From the NCBI GenBank assembly GCA_012862495.1, contig BLSG01000210.1:17242-49593 (forward strand): a DNA stretch of 32,352 nucleotides, given 5' to 3'. Below, in pieces: positions 22,587-32,352 of the stretch. The position numbers were made by a program, and so were the translations under genes. Every line of letters starts with the position of its first letter. Positions within the stretch are counted from its first letter, which is position 1. The DNA is from Thraustochytrium aureum (taxonomy: Eukaryota). The notes beneath the pieces are model-generated. The model made no database searches and had not been told where the DNA came from. It saw only the letters and a list, made by a program, of their open reading frames with translations.

Positions 22587-24549
22587 ATGGACTCTTCCGA
22601 GAACAAAGAGGAGGAGGGCGGGGGCAGACCCATAACGCACCCGGCAGCAGAGGAGAGCGAAGAGCTGCTGGAGGGAAGGCGCGAAGAGCAGGCGTTGCGA
22701 TGGATGTGCAGAGAAGCAGCACGGACGGCCGTGCGCTCGGCGGAGCTGCTGCTTTTCCAGCAGGGACGCCCCAATGGACTGTCGGAAATGTTCCCGTTCG
22801 GCAGGGCGGGAGCGCCGGATGTGCCAGCGCTGCAGGCGGCAGCAAGGGTTGTGGAGCAGATTCGCGCAGCGCAATTGTTCACGGTGCGGCGAAAGGGACA
22901 GGGACTGCTCTACACGTGAAACCAGAGCGAGTGCCCAAGCTCGGGTTGCGCGCTGGCGTGGTGTCTCCCGCTTCAGCTGGCATAGCGGGTTCCTTTGCGC
23001 AGGCACGCGGCGCGGGAGTAAAGCATGCAGCGCGAGCGACAACGCTGCTGCAGGCAGCACGCGCCAAGTCTGGCTCTCAAGTTGGCCCTTCGCTCTCGAA
23101 TGCGTCGGCAAGCGAAACTCGCGGCATCAAGGCGCCCGGGTCAAAAGTGTACTTGCGCTTGGATTTGGAGGGATGCGAAAGCGGTGAGCATGGGGGCGGC
23201 CCAAGGAATGCCGCGTCCCTGTCGAGTATACTAGCGGAGGACGCACCCGACAAAGCTGAGGACGCCAAAGTCGGGCTTGCGGCGCTCGAAGCCCTTGCAA
23301 GCCCCGCTCGCGCGTGCCCCTGTACACCTGTGAAATCCTTTGTGGAGGTAGCGCGGATCGTGAATGAGTCAGCGCAGCACTTTAAGGTCGACGTGTTTTC
23401 GCCAATCAGCAACCCAGGAACTCCTGGCCTTCGGTCCGAGCTTTTGGGCGGGCAAGAAGCAAAAGGGGGAACCTCAAAGCGGTTCGATCAAGCGCGGGGG
23501 GAACAAAAGCCCCTCCTCGAACAATGCAGTCGCAAATCCGCTCCGCGCCGAGGCGCAGAAAGCCCTGATGTCGGCCGGCGCGGCGCAAGCGAAGCGCAAC
23601 GCACCCCAACAGATCGACGGCACGGGCTCGCTGGACAGTGCCACCGCCGATTCTAGGGGCAGCAAGCGACGAAAGCAAGTAGCAGCAAAGGCGGGAGACC
23701 CCAGGAGCAAGGCGAGGCCTGCGAGCGAGCTTAGCCTCGAGACCATCGCAAAATCGGTNNNNNNNNNNNNNNNNNNNNNNNNNNNNNNNNNNNNNNNNNN
23801 NNNNNNNNNNNNNNNNNNNNNNNNNNNNNNNNNNNNNNNNNNNNNNNNNNNNNNNNNNNNNNNNNNNNNNNNNNNNNNNNNNNNNNNNNNNNGTGCACGA
23901 GTTTCTGGTCGAATCTGTGAGCCGAAAGAAACTGACCAGCATCCTCGAAGACCACAAGCGCTTGCCTTGCGGATCCAGCAAGAAAACAAGGTAAGATCAA
24001 GGCGCTCCAACGTCCTCGCGCCCCCGGGGCCCGTTAAAGGGCCGCCTCGTGTTGATCGCGCGCGCGCTGACTGGCAACAAGTCGTCGCAACAATCATGAC
24101 TGAATGCGACGGCCGAACCGCGCGCCAGAGCTTTCTTTGTAAGTTTCATCAAACCCGCCCTCCCCGAGCTTTGCCCCACGTCTGACTGCCTGCCTGCGGA
24201 TGTCGCTTTGCGCGCGTTCGCCAAGGCGAGGGCCGTGATGCTGGCCTTCAACGAGGGCGTGGTCCCCTGCGGACTAAAAGCCTTCCTCGAAGTGTCCGCG
24301 CGACAAACACAGCCGGCACAGGAGTCCAGCATTCAAGCCCGCAACTCCACCTTGCACGCGCCAATGCGCACCGCACCGTGCTCGTGGGCGTACGACGCTC
24401 TATTCGAGAAGCGACTCCCCGCAGAGCCCTCGCTGGTGGACGCCGTGCGAGGGCTTTTGCGCAGCGCTGGCCTCGAGTCGGCCCATTCGGACCCACCCCA
24501 AACCAACTCTTCCCCTAGCCGTGGTCCGTGCAAGTCGTCAACTAATTAA
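22587..24549 (+). CDS. Hypothetical protein, fragmented by several frameshifts and gap 23759-23892 (or a pseudogene)
   Basis: Successive protein-like frames: MDSSENKEEEG...VVEQIR, AIVHGAAKG..., QIDGTGSLDSA..., VHEFLVESVSRKKLTSILEDHK, IKPALPEL...WAYDALFEKRLP...STN*. No family recognised. Confidence 0.35.
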
Positions 24550-25900
24550 ACTTAAAGTTGAGAACGTCGCCAGACTGCACCAGGTAGTCACGGCCCTCTG
24601 ACCGCGACAGGCCGGCCTCCTTTGCAGCCTTCTCCGATCCGCACTTGACGAAGTCCTCATATGCGATCGTGTCGGCCGCAATGAACCCCTTCGCCATGTC
24701 AGTGTGGATCTTGCCGGCGGCCTCGCGAGCCGTGCAGTGCACTGGAATGCTCCAGGCTCGCGCTTCCTGCTCCCCGACTGTGTAGAAGACGCTCTGCCCA
24801 AGGAGCTGGCCGCAAGCCTGGGCCACTTTGCTGAGACCTGTCTCGTTGAGCCCAAACTCTGCCAGGTACTCCATCCGCTCCTCTGCGGTCTCGAAAAGGG
24901 TGAGCGCCTCCTCCTCGAGCGCCGCGCAGACGACCACAGGGCCGGCCATCTCGCCGCGACGGCTGAGCTCGTCCCGAACTGCTGCAATCATGTCGTTCGA
25001 CCCGGTCCGAATGCCTTTCTCGTCAGTGTTGCAGACGTAAAGCACCGGCTTGGCAGACAAGAGCTGCTGGCCAAGCTCGAGGGCGAGGCGACCTACGGGG
25101 GTCGTGGCAGCGGCTGCTCCAGTCGCTTCGCTCAGGATGCCGCGAGGAGACTCGCCTGCGGACAAGACCGTGTGCAGGCCGCGAAGCAGCTCTTCCTCGC
25201 CGGCCTCCTTTTTCTTCTTCGCGAGGCGCTTTTCGATGCTGCCCAAATCAGCGAGCATGAGCTCGGTCTCGATAACAGAGAGGTCATCGACCGGATCGGG
25301 CTTGCCCGCTTCTGACGCGACGTGGATGATGTCTGCATTTTCGTAGCAGCGCAGAACGTGAACGATGAGCGACACGTTGCGGATGTTGCCGAGGAATTTG
25401 TTTCCAAGGCCCTGGCCCTCGCTGGCGCCCTTGATGAGGCCCGCGATATCGTGCAGCTCTAGGCTCGTGTACAGCGTCCTGGCTGACTTTGCTATCGCTG
25501 CGAGCTTGTCAAGCCGCGGGTCTGGGACCATGACGCGTGCCACGTTGGGCTCAATCGTGCAGAAGGGAAAGTTTGACGCTTGCGCGAGCTGGCTCTGCGT
25601 CAGGGCGTTGAACAGCGTGCTCTTGCCAACATTGGCTGCGCCCAGACATTCATTCATTCATTCATTCATAGAGTCAGCCAGCCNNNNNNNNNNNNNNNNN
25701 NNNNNNNNNNNNNNNNNNNNNNNNNNNNNNNNNNNNNNNNNNNNNNNNNNNNNNNNNNNNNNNNNNNNNNNNNNNNNNNNNNNNNNNNNNNNNNNNNNNN
25801 NNNNNNNGTCAGTCAGTCAGTCAGTCAGTCCTCGGCCGGCGAGCCTCTGCGGACCTCGCCACTTACGCAGTCCCACGATGCCGCACGCCGCCCTGATCAT
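24542..25900 (-). CDS. ychF: YchF/Obg-like ATPase, bacterial/organellar type; exons 25900-25867 and 25635-24542
   Basis: Splicing restores GIVGL-P-NVGKSTLFNALT. Other motifs: NFPFCTIEPN, DIAGLIKGASEGQGLGNKFL, the ATP-type G4 NTDE, and a TGS domain (ARAWSI...IHTD...EGRDYLVQSGDV). Confidence 0.95.
25636..25866 (-). other. Spliceosomal intron of ychF containing tetranucleotide microsatellites and a gap
   Basis: GTAAGT donor at 25866-25861 and CAG acceptor ending at 25636. (CATT)n at about 25647-25669 and (GTCA)n at 25808-25829 on the + strand. Confidence 0.9.
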
Positions 25901-26053
25901 CGTGCTATCCCAGCCGCACTCGGGTGCCCCTTGCCCGTCCCTGAAAGCCTCCAGTGCCACGCAGCGGCGCGCCTTGGTCTCCGTTTTCGTTCGGGGTCTG
26001 CCGCGACCACTCGCCGCCATTCGCGTCCAAAACGCGCTCGAAATGGCCGCGAA

Positions 26054-26946
26054 ATGCTCGGCTTCTTCGCAACGCTGCTGCCGCCGCTGTGGCTGCTGCA
26101 GTGGTGGCTCGGTGGCGCGGGGGGCTCGAGTGGCCCTGGACCGCGGCCTTGGCGCTGCGCGGGAGCGGCAGCGCCATGGACGTTGTCGGGGCCGTCCTGG
26201 CCATGACCATCGCGGTTGTGGCACACGAATGGGGCCATGCTCGCTGCGCGAGGGCGTGCGGCGTCGAGGTGCTCGGCTGGCGCGCGGAGGCTTGGCCCGC
26301 TCTACGGGTTGTGGTTGTCGTGGGCGAGGACTCGTTGAGAAGCAAGCGCAGGGCTGTGCAGGTCGCAGTTGCGCTGGCAGGCGTCTGGGCGAACGTTTGT
26401 GTTTGCAGCGCGGTCGCGCTTGCGGAGGGCCAGCCCGCAGCGTTGTTTCCATGGGCTCTGCGCGCAGAGCGCGGGGCGACTCTGGCATGGGTTCCGCCTG
26501 GATCCGCGCTGCGCGCATTCGGCATTGGACAAGGGTCGAGGATTGTTGCTCTGAACGGGGCGCCCGTGCTGAGCGCTGCTTGGCTTGCTGAAGCGTTGAG
26601 CGCAGTTGCGGAGGAGGGCGGTGCAGACCCTCTAGCCGCGATTTCGTGCTTTGCAGGGCCGCAGACCTGGGCAGAGCCAGACAACTTTGTCGTGGCAGGC
26701 GACTTGAGGTGCCTTCAGCGGCTTTTCTCGCGTTCGCAGCTCGCCGACGTTATCCTTGCGCTTCCCAGGCGCTGCCCTTTTCTTCAGCTCCCTGGGATCG
26801 TGCACCTCTTCTGCTTGCTGCCAGGGACCGCGACGGTATTCGCGGGCCAGGTGTTCGGAGCTTCCTATTTACTGGGCTTGGTTAACCTACTCCCCGCTCC
26901 CGGCCTGGACGGCCTCCACGCGCTGCGAGCCCTAGCCGGGCGATAG
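26054..26946 (+). CDS. M50 site-2 metalloprotease, RseP-like with a degenerate PDZ segment
   Basis: HEWGH, VALAGVWAN, PDZ-like VPPGSALRAFGIGQGSRIVALNGAPV and NLLPAPGLDG. In-frame ATG at 26176. One extra G in the G6 run at 26119-26124 would attach the hydrophobic leader MLGFFATLLPPLWLLQWW from ATG 26054. Confidence 0.8.
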
Positions 26947-27392
26947 CCTTCTTCATGCGCAACGCAGCGAATGTGCCCAGGGGTTGCGCGCCGGCGGCCG
27001 GCTCGTCATGTTGAGGCAGAACAGATATCGTTTCGCCATCATCCAACGCGCGTGACCAGCGTTACCCACGGCTGGGCCAAGTCCAGCCGCAGCAATCCCA
27101 CATCATCCGCAACGTAGGCAGGTACGCCGACTGAGCGCAGTCCGGCCAGCCCGGCGGCTGCCCAGAGCGTCCAAGCTCGGCCAGGACTCTGCCACTCATG
27201 ATAGACAGAGTAGGCCTATGTAATAAGTACAGAATTGTGTTCTCTTGCGACGGACGAGCGCCAGAGCCGCATTGCGCGCGCGCGGCCCGCTGGAGCGAGC
27301 TCAGAAGCAGGGCTTATTGGTGTGTCGCGGTCGCCTTGCTGCTCGAGGAGAAGCGTGCCGTTTGCGCGGGCCGACGGCGACCTCGGAGCGAA

Positions 27393-28349
27393 ATGTCGAC
27401 GCCAAGCAAGCTCAAGCTGGCCATGTGCCAGATCCTTGTCGGCACGGACAAGGCCGCCAACCTCGCGACGGCCCGGGCGGCGGTCAAGGCCGCCGCGGAG
27501 AAGGGCGCGCAGCTGGTCGCGCTGCCAGAGTGCTTCAACTCGCCGTACGCGACGGACTCGTTCCCTGAGTATGCCGAGACGATCCCGGCGACGGCTGGCG
27601 ACCTGAACGCGGAGGAGCAGCCGTCGACGGCCATGCTGATCGAGGCCGCCAAGGAGAGCAACGTGTTCCTGGTGGGCGGATCGATCCCGGAGAAGGATGA
27701 NAAGGGCGTGTACAACACCTCGGTGGTTGTGAGCCCGACCGGCGAGCTGCTGGCCAAACACCGCAAGATGCACTGTACGTTTGCTTGCTGATGGGGGCTG
27801 CTTGGCCTGCTGTGGCTGCTGGGCGCCGCTGACGCTGCTCTGCGCCAACCTGCCGCAGTGTTTGACATTAACGTGCCGAACGGCATCACCTTTCGCGAGA
27901 GCGATACGCTGAGCGCCGGCAACACTGTCACGACGTTCGACACCCCGTGGTGCAAGATCGGGGTCGGGATCTGCTACGACCTGCGGTTCCCGCAGTACGC
28001 CATGCTGATGCGCGACCAGGGGTGCAAGCTGTTCATCTACCCGGGCGCCTTCAACACGACGACCGGGCCGCCGCACTGGGAGCTGCTGCAGCGTGGCCGC
28101 GCCGTCGACAACCAGGTTTTTGTGGCGACCGCGAGCCCAGCGCGCAACCCGGACTCAAAGTACCAGGCATGGGGCCACTCGTCGATTGTAAGCCCCTGGG
28201 GTGAGGTTGTTGCCACGACCGAGCACGATGCGGACACTGTGATCGCGGAGATCGACCTCGCGCGCGCCGACGAGATCCGCCAGAACATTCCGGTTTCCAA
28301 GCAGGCGCGCACGGACGTGTACAACCAGGTCTCGCTTGTGCACAAGTAG
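27393..28349 (+). CDS. NIT2: Omega-amidase Nit2 (nitrilase superfamily); exons 27393-27774 and 27859-28349
   Basis: E-K-C triad: LPECFNSPY, HRKMH-L-FDI (restored by splicing), GICYDLRF. Also YPGAFNTTTGPPHWELLQRGRAVDNQ and YQAWGHS. Confidence 0.93.
27775..27858 (+). other. 84-nt spliceosomal intron of Nit2
   Basis: GTACGT donor, GCTGAC branch-like site and GCAG acceptor. It contains an in-frame stop, and its removal restores HLFD. Confidence 0.92.
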
Positions 28350-28508
28350 CGGCCTGCCTTCCCTTACGCTTTGCTAACTAAAGAAAGACCACGCGAGAGC
28401 GCGCGACGAGCGGCGCCGCTTAGGCTTTTTGTGCCGCTTAGGCTTCGTTGCGCGCAACCGAGCGCGACGCGGCCGTCTTACCGGGCTCCTCTCACCTCTC
28501 TCTAGCGA

Positions 28509-29148
28509 CTAGAGCAGCTTGCCAGGGCTAGACGCGCCGGTCTTGCGCCGAGCCGCCGCTGCCACTTGCGCGATGTTGGGCAGCGTGAACTCGGTGCGCG
28601 TCAAAAGCCACCAAAAGTACCCCCGCGGTCGAGACCCCTGAGCCGACAAAGAACGTGATCGGCTCGACAATGTCCCAGCTCAGGAAGAAGAACGTCAAAT
28701 AGTAGAGCGTCCCGGTCCCGCCGAGCACAGAGAGGGCCAGCGCCCACCGCGCCGCCCCGGCGCGCCACCGGCTCCCCGCCAGCTGCGAGGTCGCCTGCGC
28801 CACGTTGACTTGTGCGGGCGGAGCCAGCCTTTCCCCGGCAGCGTCTATGAGCAGCGGGTCTAGCACGACCAAGCCCGCCTCGCGGCGCCACGTCACAGCG
28901 CCATCGGCATGCAGCCGCGCCGCGGCTTCGGAGGGCGACTCGCTCACGCCCGACGCGCGAACGAGCTCTGCGAGCCTCCTCTCTGACACAACGAGCATGC
29001 CGTCCCGACGCTCGCGAGCCAGCAAGCCGGCCAGGCGAACGCGGGCTGCGCGTTCGACCTCGGCCGCGGCAACGCTCTCCTCGCAGGGCAGCTGATGCAG
29101 CTGATCGTCGAGTTCGATCGGTCCCACGCGGCTGCCGCCCTCGTCGGC
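28509..29148 (-). CDS. MCU: Mitochondrial calcium uniporter (MCU family), 5' part in gap
   Basis: TM1-LYYLTFFFLS-WDIVEP-ITFFVG carries the WDxxEP selectivity filter. Removing one base from the C5 run at 28620-28624 gives the MCU-like tail GYFWWLLTRTEF...PGKLL* with stop at 28509-28511. Confidence 0.85.
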
Positions 29149-29927
29149 NNNNNNNNNNNNNNNNNNNNNNNNNNNNNNNNNNNNNNNNNNNNNNNNNNNN
29201 NNNNNNNNNNNNNNNNNNNNNNNNNNNNNNNNNNNNNNNNNNNNNNNNNNNNNNNNNNNNNNNNNNNNNNNNNNNNNNNNNNNNNNNNNNNNNNNNNNNN
29301 NNNNNNNNNNNNNNNNNNNNNNNNNNNNNNNNNNNNNNNNNNNNNNNNNNNNNNNNNNNNNNNNNNNNNNNNNNNNNNNNNNNNNNNNNNNNNNNNNNNN
29401 NNNNNNNNNNNNNNNNNNNNNNNNNNNNNNNNNNNNNNNNNNNNNNNNNNNNNNNNNNNNNNNNNNNNNNNNNNNNNNNNNNNNNNNNNNNNNNNNNNNN
29501 NNNNNNNNNNNNNNNNNNNNNNNNNNNNNNNNNNNNNNNNNNNNNNNNNNNNNNNNNNNNNNNNNNNNNNNNNNNNNNNNNNNNNNNNNNNNNNNNNNNN
29601 NNNNNNNNNNNNNNNNNNNNNNNNNNNNNNNNNNNNNNNNNNNNNNNNNNNNNNNNNNNNNNNNNNNNNNNNNNNNNNNNNNNNNNNNNNNNNNNNNNNN
29701 NNNNNNNNNNNNNNNNNNNNNNNNNNNNNNNNNNNNNNNNNNNNNNNNNNNNNNNNNNNNNNNNNNNNNNNNNNNNNNNNNNNNNNNNNNNNNNNNNNNN
29801 NNNNNNNNNNNNNNNNNNNNNNNNNNNNNNNNNNNNNNNNNNNNNNNNNNNNNNNNNNNNNNNNNNNNNNNNNNNNNNNNNNNNNNNNNNNNNNNNNNNN
29901 NNNNNNNNNNNNNNNNNNNNNNNNNNN

Positions 29928-30778
29928 GTGTCTCACGAGCATAACCATCCGGCACCTGCTGACGCACACGGCTGGCTTGTCGCATGGCTCGTTCGGACTC
30001 GCCGTGGACGCGCTTTATCAGGAGTCTGAGCGCCAGTTGGAGGGCAAGGACGAGACGCTTGCGGAGCGCGTCGACCGGTTCGCCTCGCTGCCGCTCGCCT
30101 TCCAGCCAGGGACGCAGTTCAACTACTCGATCGGCACGGACGTGCTCGGGCGCGTGCTGGAGGTGGCCAGCGGGCTGCCGCTCGACCACCTCTTAGAGCG
30201 TGAGATCTTCTTCCCTCTGGGCATGCGGGACACGTCGTTCGGGGTCCCCGCGGCGAAAATGCCCCGCTTGGCCCCGGTTTTACGAGGCGAGCGCAACAGG
30301 CGGGCTCGTCGACTCAGGCCGCCTCCGCAAGGACAGCGTCGATGTGCAAGGCGCGCGGCGCTTGCTGAGCGCCAGCGACGGCCTGGTCTCGACCATGAGA
30401 GACCTTGCGCGCCTGTCCCAGTGCCTCCTCGACCACGGGCGCACCGGTAGTTTTCAACTCCTCTCGCGCAAAACGCTCGAGATGATGCGCGCCAACCAGC
30501 TCCCCGCCGGGAAGCGGATCGGCGAGGCTAGCTTGAAGCCAATGGTGTTTGCGGAAGCCGGCTTTGGCCTTGGCTTTGCGGTGGACCTGGACGGGCCACG
30601 TAGCCAGGCGCTCGCTTCGCGGGGCAGCATCTTTTGGGCAGGCAAGGGCGGTGTGTTCATGCAGATCGATGGCGAGGAGGGCTTGGCCTTCATCTTCGCG
30701 ACGCAGGTCAAGATGCACCCGTCGATCCTTCAAGTGAAAGAGCGGGTCAGCAACGCAGTGTACAGCGCGTTGACCTGA
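29928..30778 (+). CDS. Beta-lactamase-family (class C/EstB-like) serine hydrolase, 5' part in gap, frameshift at T4 30278-30281
   Basis: ITIRHLLTHTAGL, PLAFQPGTQFNYS, IFFPLGMRDTSF, then in the next frame GLVSTMRDLARL, GFGLGF, GSIFWAG. The SxxK motif is not visible and would lie in the gap. Confidence 0.88.
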
Positions 30779-30779
30779 C

Positions 30780-30970
30780 CCTCGCGCGCGCCCGTGCGCG
30801 CGCGCGTGCGCGCGCGCGTTCGGCGCGCGTGCGTGCGTGCGTTCGCCGCCAGTAGGAGTAGGTAGTGAGTACATAATCAATCGGTCTTGGACGCCGGCGA
30901 GCAAGCCCCAGCCGTCCCTCGCCTGCGGAGCGCGCTAGCCCTGCACTAGCCCTGCACTAGCTCTGCACTG
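30780..30970. repeat. Alternating purine-pyrimidine tract ((CG)n/(GCGT)n) and 11-bp tandem repeat CTAGCCCTGCA x~3
   Basis: Tract at 30783-30842; tandem repeat at 30936-30970. Confidence 0.8.
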
Positions 30971-31126
30971 CAGCGCCCTCGTTCGCGCGCGCAACGAGCT
31001 CGCCAGAGCGCGCGGCTGCCGAGTCTCGCGTCGCGGCGCGCTCGAGCAGACCACGTCAACGCAGCAGACCGCTAGACTCGCAGGGCCGCGCGGGCGCCGT
31101 GCGTGCTTGCTGCCTGGTGCTCTGCT

Positions 31127-31222
31127 GGGCTGGCTGGGTAGCGGGCTGGCTGGGTAGCGGGCTGGCTGGGTAGCGGGCTGGCTGGCGGCGTTTGGCGGCG
31201 CGCGACTTGGCGGCGCGCGACG
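31127..31222. repeat. 16-bp tandem repeat GCGGGCTGGCTGGGTA (~3.7 copies) and 15-bp TTGGCGGCGCGCGAC x2 upstream of Sec20
   Basis: Read directly at 31127-31185 and 31192-31221. Confidence 0.85.
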
Positions 31223-31241
31223 TGGCGTGGCGGGGACGGCG

Positions 31242-31964
31242 ATGGCGTCGGTATCCTGCGGAGCTGGCCGCGCCCTCGCGGAGCTGGAGCAAGCAGAGCG
31301 GGCGGCGCAAGGGCTGCTGGAGGCCGGCGGCAGCGATGCCAGCGCGGCCTTTGCAGCTGTTGCGAAGGCGGAGGCGCTCCTGTTAGTGGCGCAAATGGCG
31401 GCCGAGGAGGAGGACTCGCCGCGGCTGGCCAAGGAGTTTGCAGCTAAAACCGCCGCGAAGCGCGAGAGCGTCCTGCGGCTCAGGCGACGCGCTGGGGATC
31501 TCGCGCGTGAAGCCGCACTAGACCGCTCCCGGCGCGCGCAAGAGGAGCGAACGGCACTGCTGGCCTCCTCGGCGAGAGATCGCGCGGAAGCCCAGGCGAG
31601 CGGCGGGCCGCTTGCTGGCGCGAAGGGGAGCAACGCGCGGCGCGAGATGCTGGACCAGGCCAGCTCGATCGCCAAATCACGTGATATCACTGCGTCACTG
31701 CGGCGCACGACGCAGATGGTCTCGCGCGAGCTGGAGCGCATGGCGGCCATCAACGACGTCCTCGCATCCGACACGCAGACCATTCAGTCGACGTCCGAGG
31801 AGCACAACTCGCTCAAGACTGCCGCGGCTAAGTCGGAGGCGGTGCTCAAGGAGATACAGCGGCAAGAGCGGATGGACAAGTACGTCACTGCGGCCTGCTT
31901 TGGGGTCTTTCTCCTCGCCGTTCTGTACGTCATCTTTCGTCGGACGTTGGCCTGGTTTCTCTGA
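31242..31964 (+). CDS. SEC20: Sec20/BNIP1 ER SNARE
   Basis: Sec20-type segment SRDITASLRRTTQMVSRELER...QERMDK followed by the C-terminal TM helix CFGVFLLAVLYVIFRR. Confidence 0.85.
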   Translation: MASVSCGAGRALAELEQAERAAQGLLEAGGSDASAAFAAVAKAEALLLVAQMAAEEEDSPRLAKEFAAKTAAKRESVLRLRRRAGDLAREAALDRSRRAQEERTALLASSARDRAEAQASGGPLAGAKGSNARREMLDQASSIAKSRDITASLRRTTQMVSRELERMAAINDVLASDTQTIQSTSEEHNSLKTAAAKSEAVLKEIQRQERMDKYVTAACFGVFLLAVLYVIFRRTLAWFL

Positions 31965-32352
31965 CGACCGCGGCGGCGGTGGCTGCTGCGGCCGCATCCC
32001 CTCTCACGGGTCTCGCTTGCGCTCGCTCATGTAAAAGTTCTGCATTTCGTTTCGTTTAGTTGCATTGCATAGCGTCCAAACGCTGCCCGCTCCAGTCGTC
32101 CCTGCAGCGCCATCCCGCGATTCCTGCTCGCGCCGCACCCGCCGCGCAGTAGATCCTCTACGCGGCACGTGCCCGTCCTACACACCAACGCCAGCATGTC
32201 CCCAGCGCACCTCGGCAAGTCGCGCTCAACGCCAATTCGAAGCGCCGAACCCGCGCCATGCCGCGACGTCATTGAGCAGGCTGCCAGGCTGCCAGGCTGC
32301 CGGTCGCGGGCGCAATGCCACGCGCGAGTCGCCAGGCTCGAGTTGCCAGGCT

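Noticed and set aside
28415..28445. GCCGCTTAGGCTT direct repeat as a telomeric (TTAGGC) seed
   Set aside because: Only two separated copies in a short convergent intergenic region.
28528..30450. Long ORFs bridging gap 29149-29927
   Set aside because: Artefacts of translating Ns; the two sides encode different genes on opposite strands.
29928..30778. Antibiotic-resistance beta-lactamase or bacterial contamination
   Set aside because: The family is mostly esterases/peptidases and is common in eukaryotes; composition matches its neighbours and it is contiguous with Sec20.
1..32352. tRNA, rRNA or an alternative genetic code
   Set aside because: No cloverleaf or rRNA-like segment was noticed by eye, and conserved genes translate and terminate normally with the standard code.

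Overview
GC-rich, gene-dense, intron-poor eukaryotic (protist-like) nuclear DNA from a gappy draft assembly. It has ten N-gaps and many single-base indels, mostly in homopolymers, that split genes. Genes in order: RUN-domain protein (-, runs off the window start); CEP57/translokin-like (+); a large Sfi1-like Trp-repeat protein with a TSP repeat array (-); an approximately 2900-aa RPGRIP1L/fantom-like protein with a giant EF-hand array and IQ motif between its C2 domains and C-terminal RID domain (+); a decayed region (about 20.7-21.9 kb); a frameshifted hypothetical gene (+); YchF ATPase (-, 1 intron); RseP-like M50 protease (+); Nit2 omega-amidase (+, 1 intron); MCU (-); beta-lactamase-family serine hydrolase (+); Sec20/BNIP1 SNARE (+). 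Main points of interest: three adjacent centriole/transition-zone genes, the EF-hand-expanded RPGRIP1L, and a tandem array of candidate LC8-binding TSP motifs. All family calls are from recalled motifs, not searches. The taxon cannot be fixed from this window; a flagellated protist such as a stramenopile is inference only.
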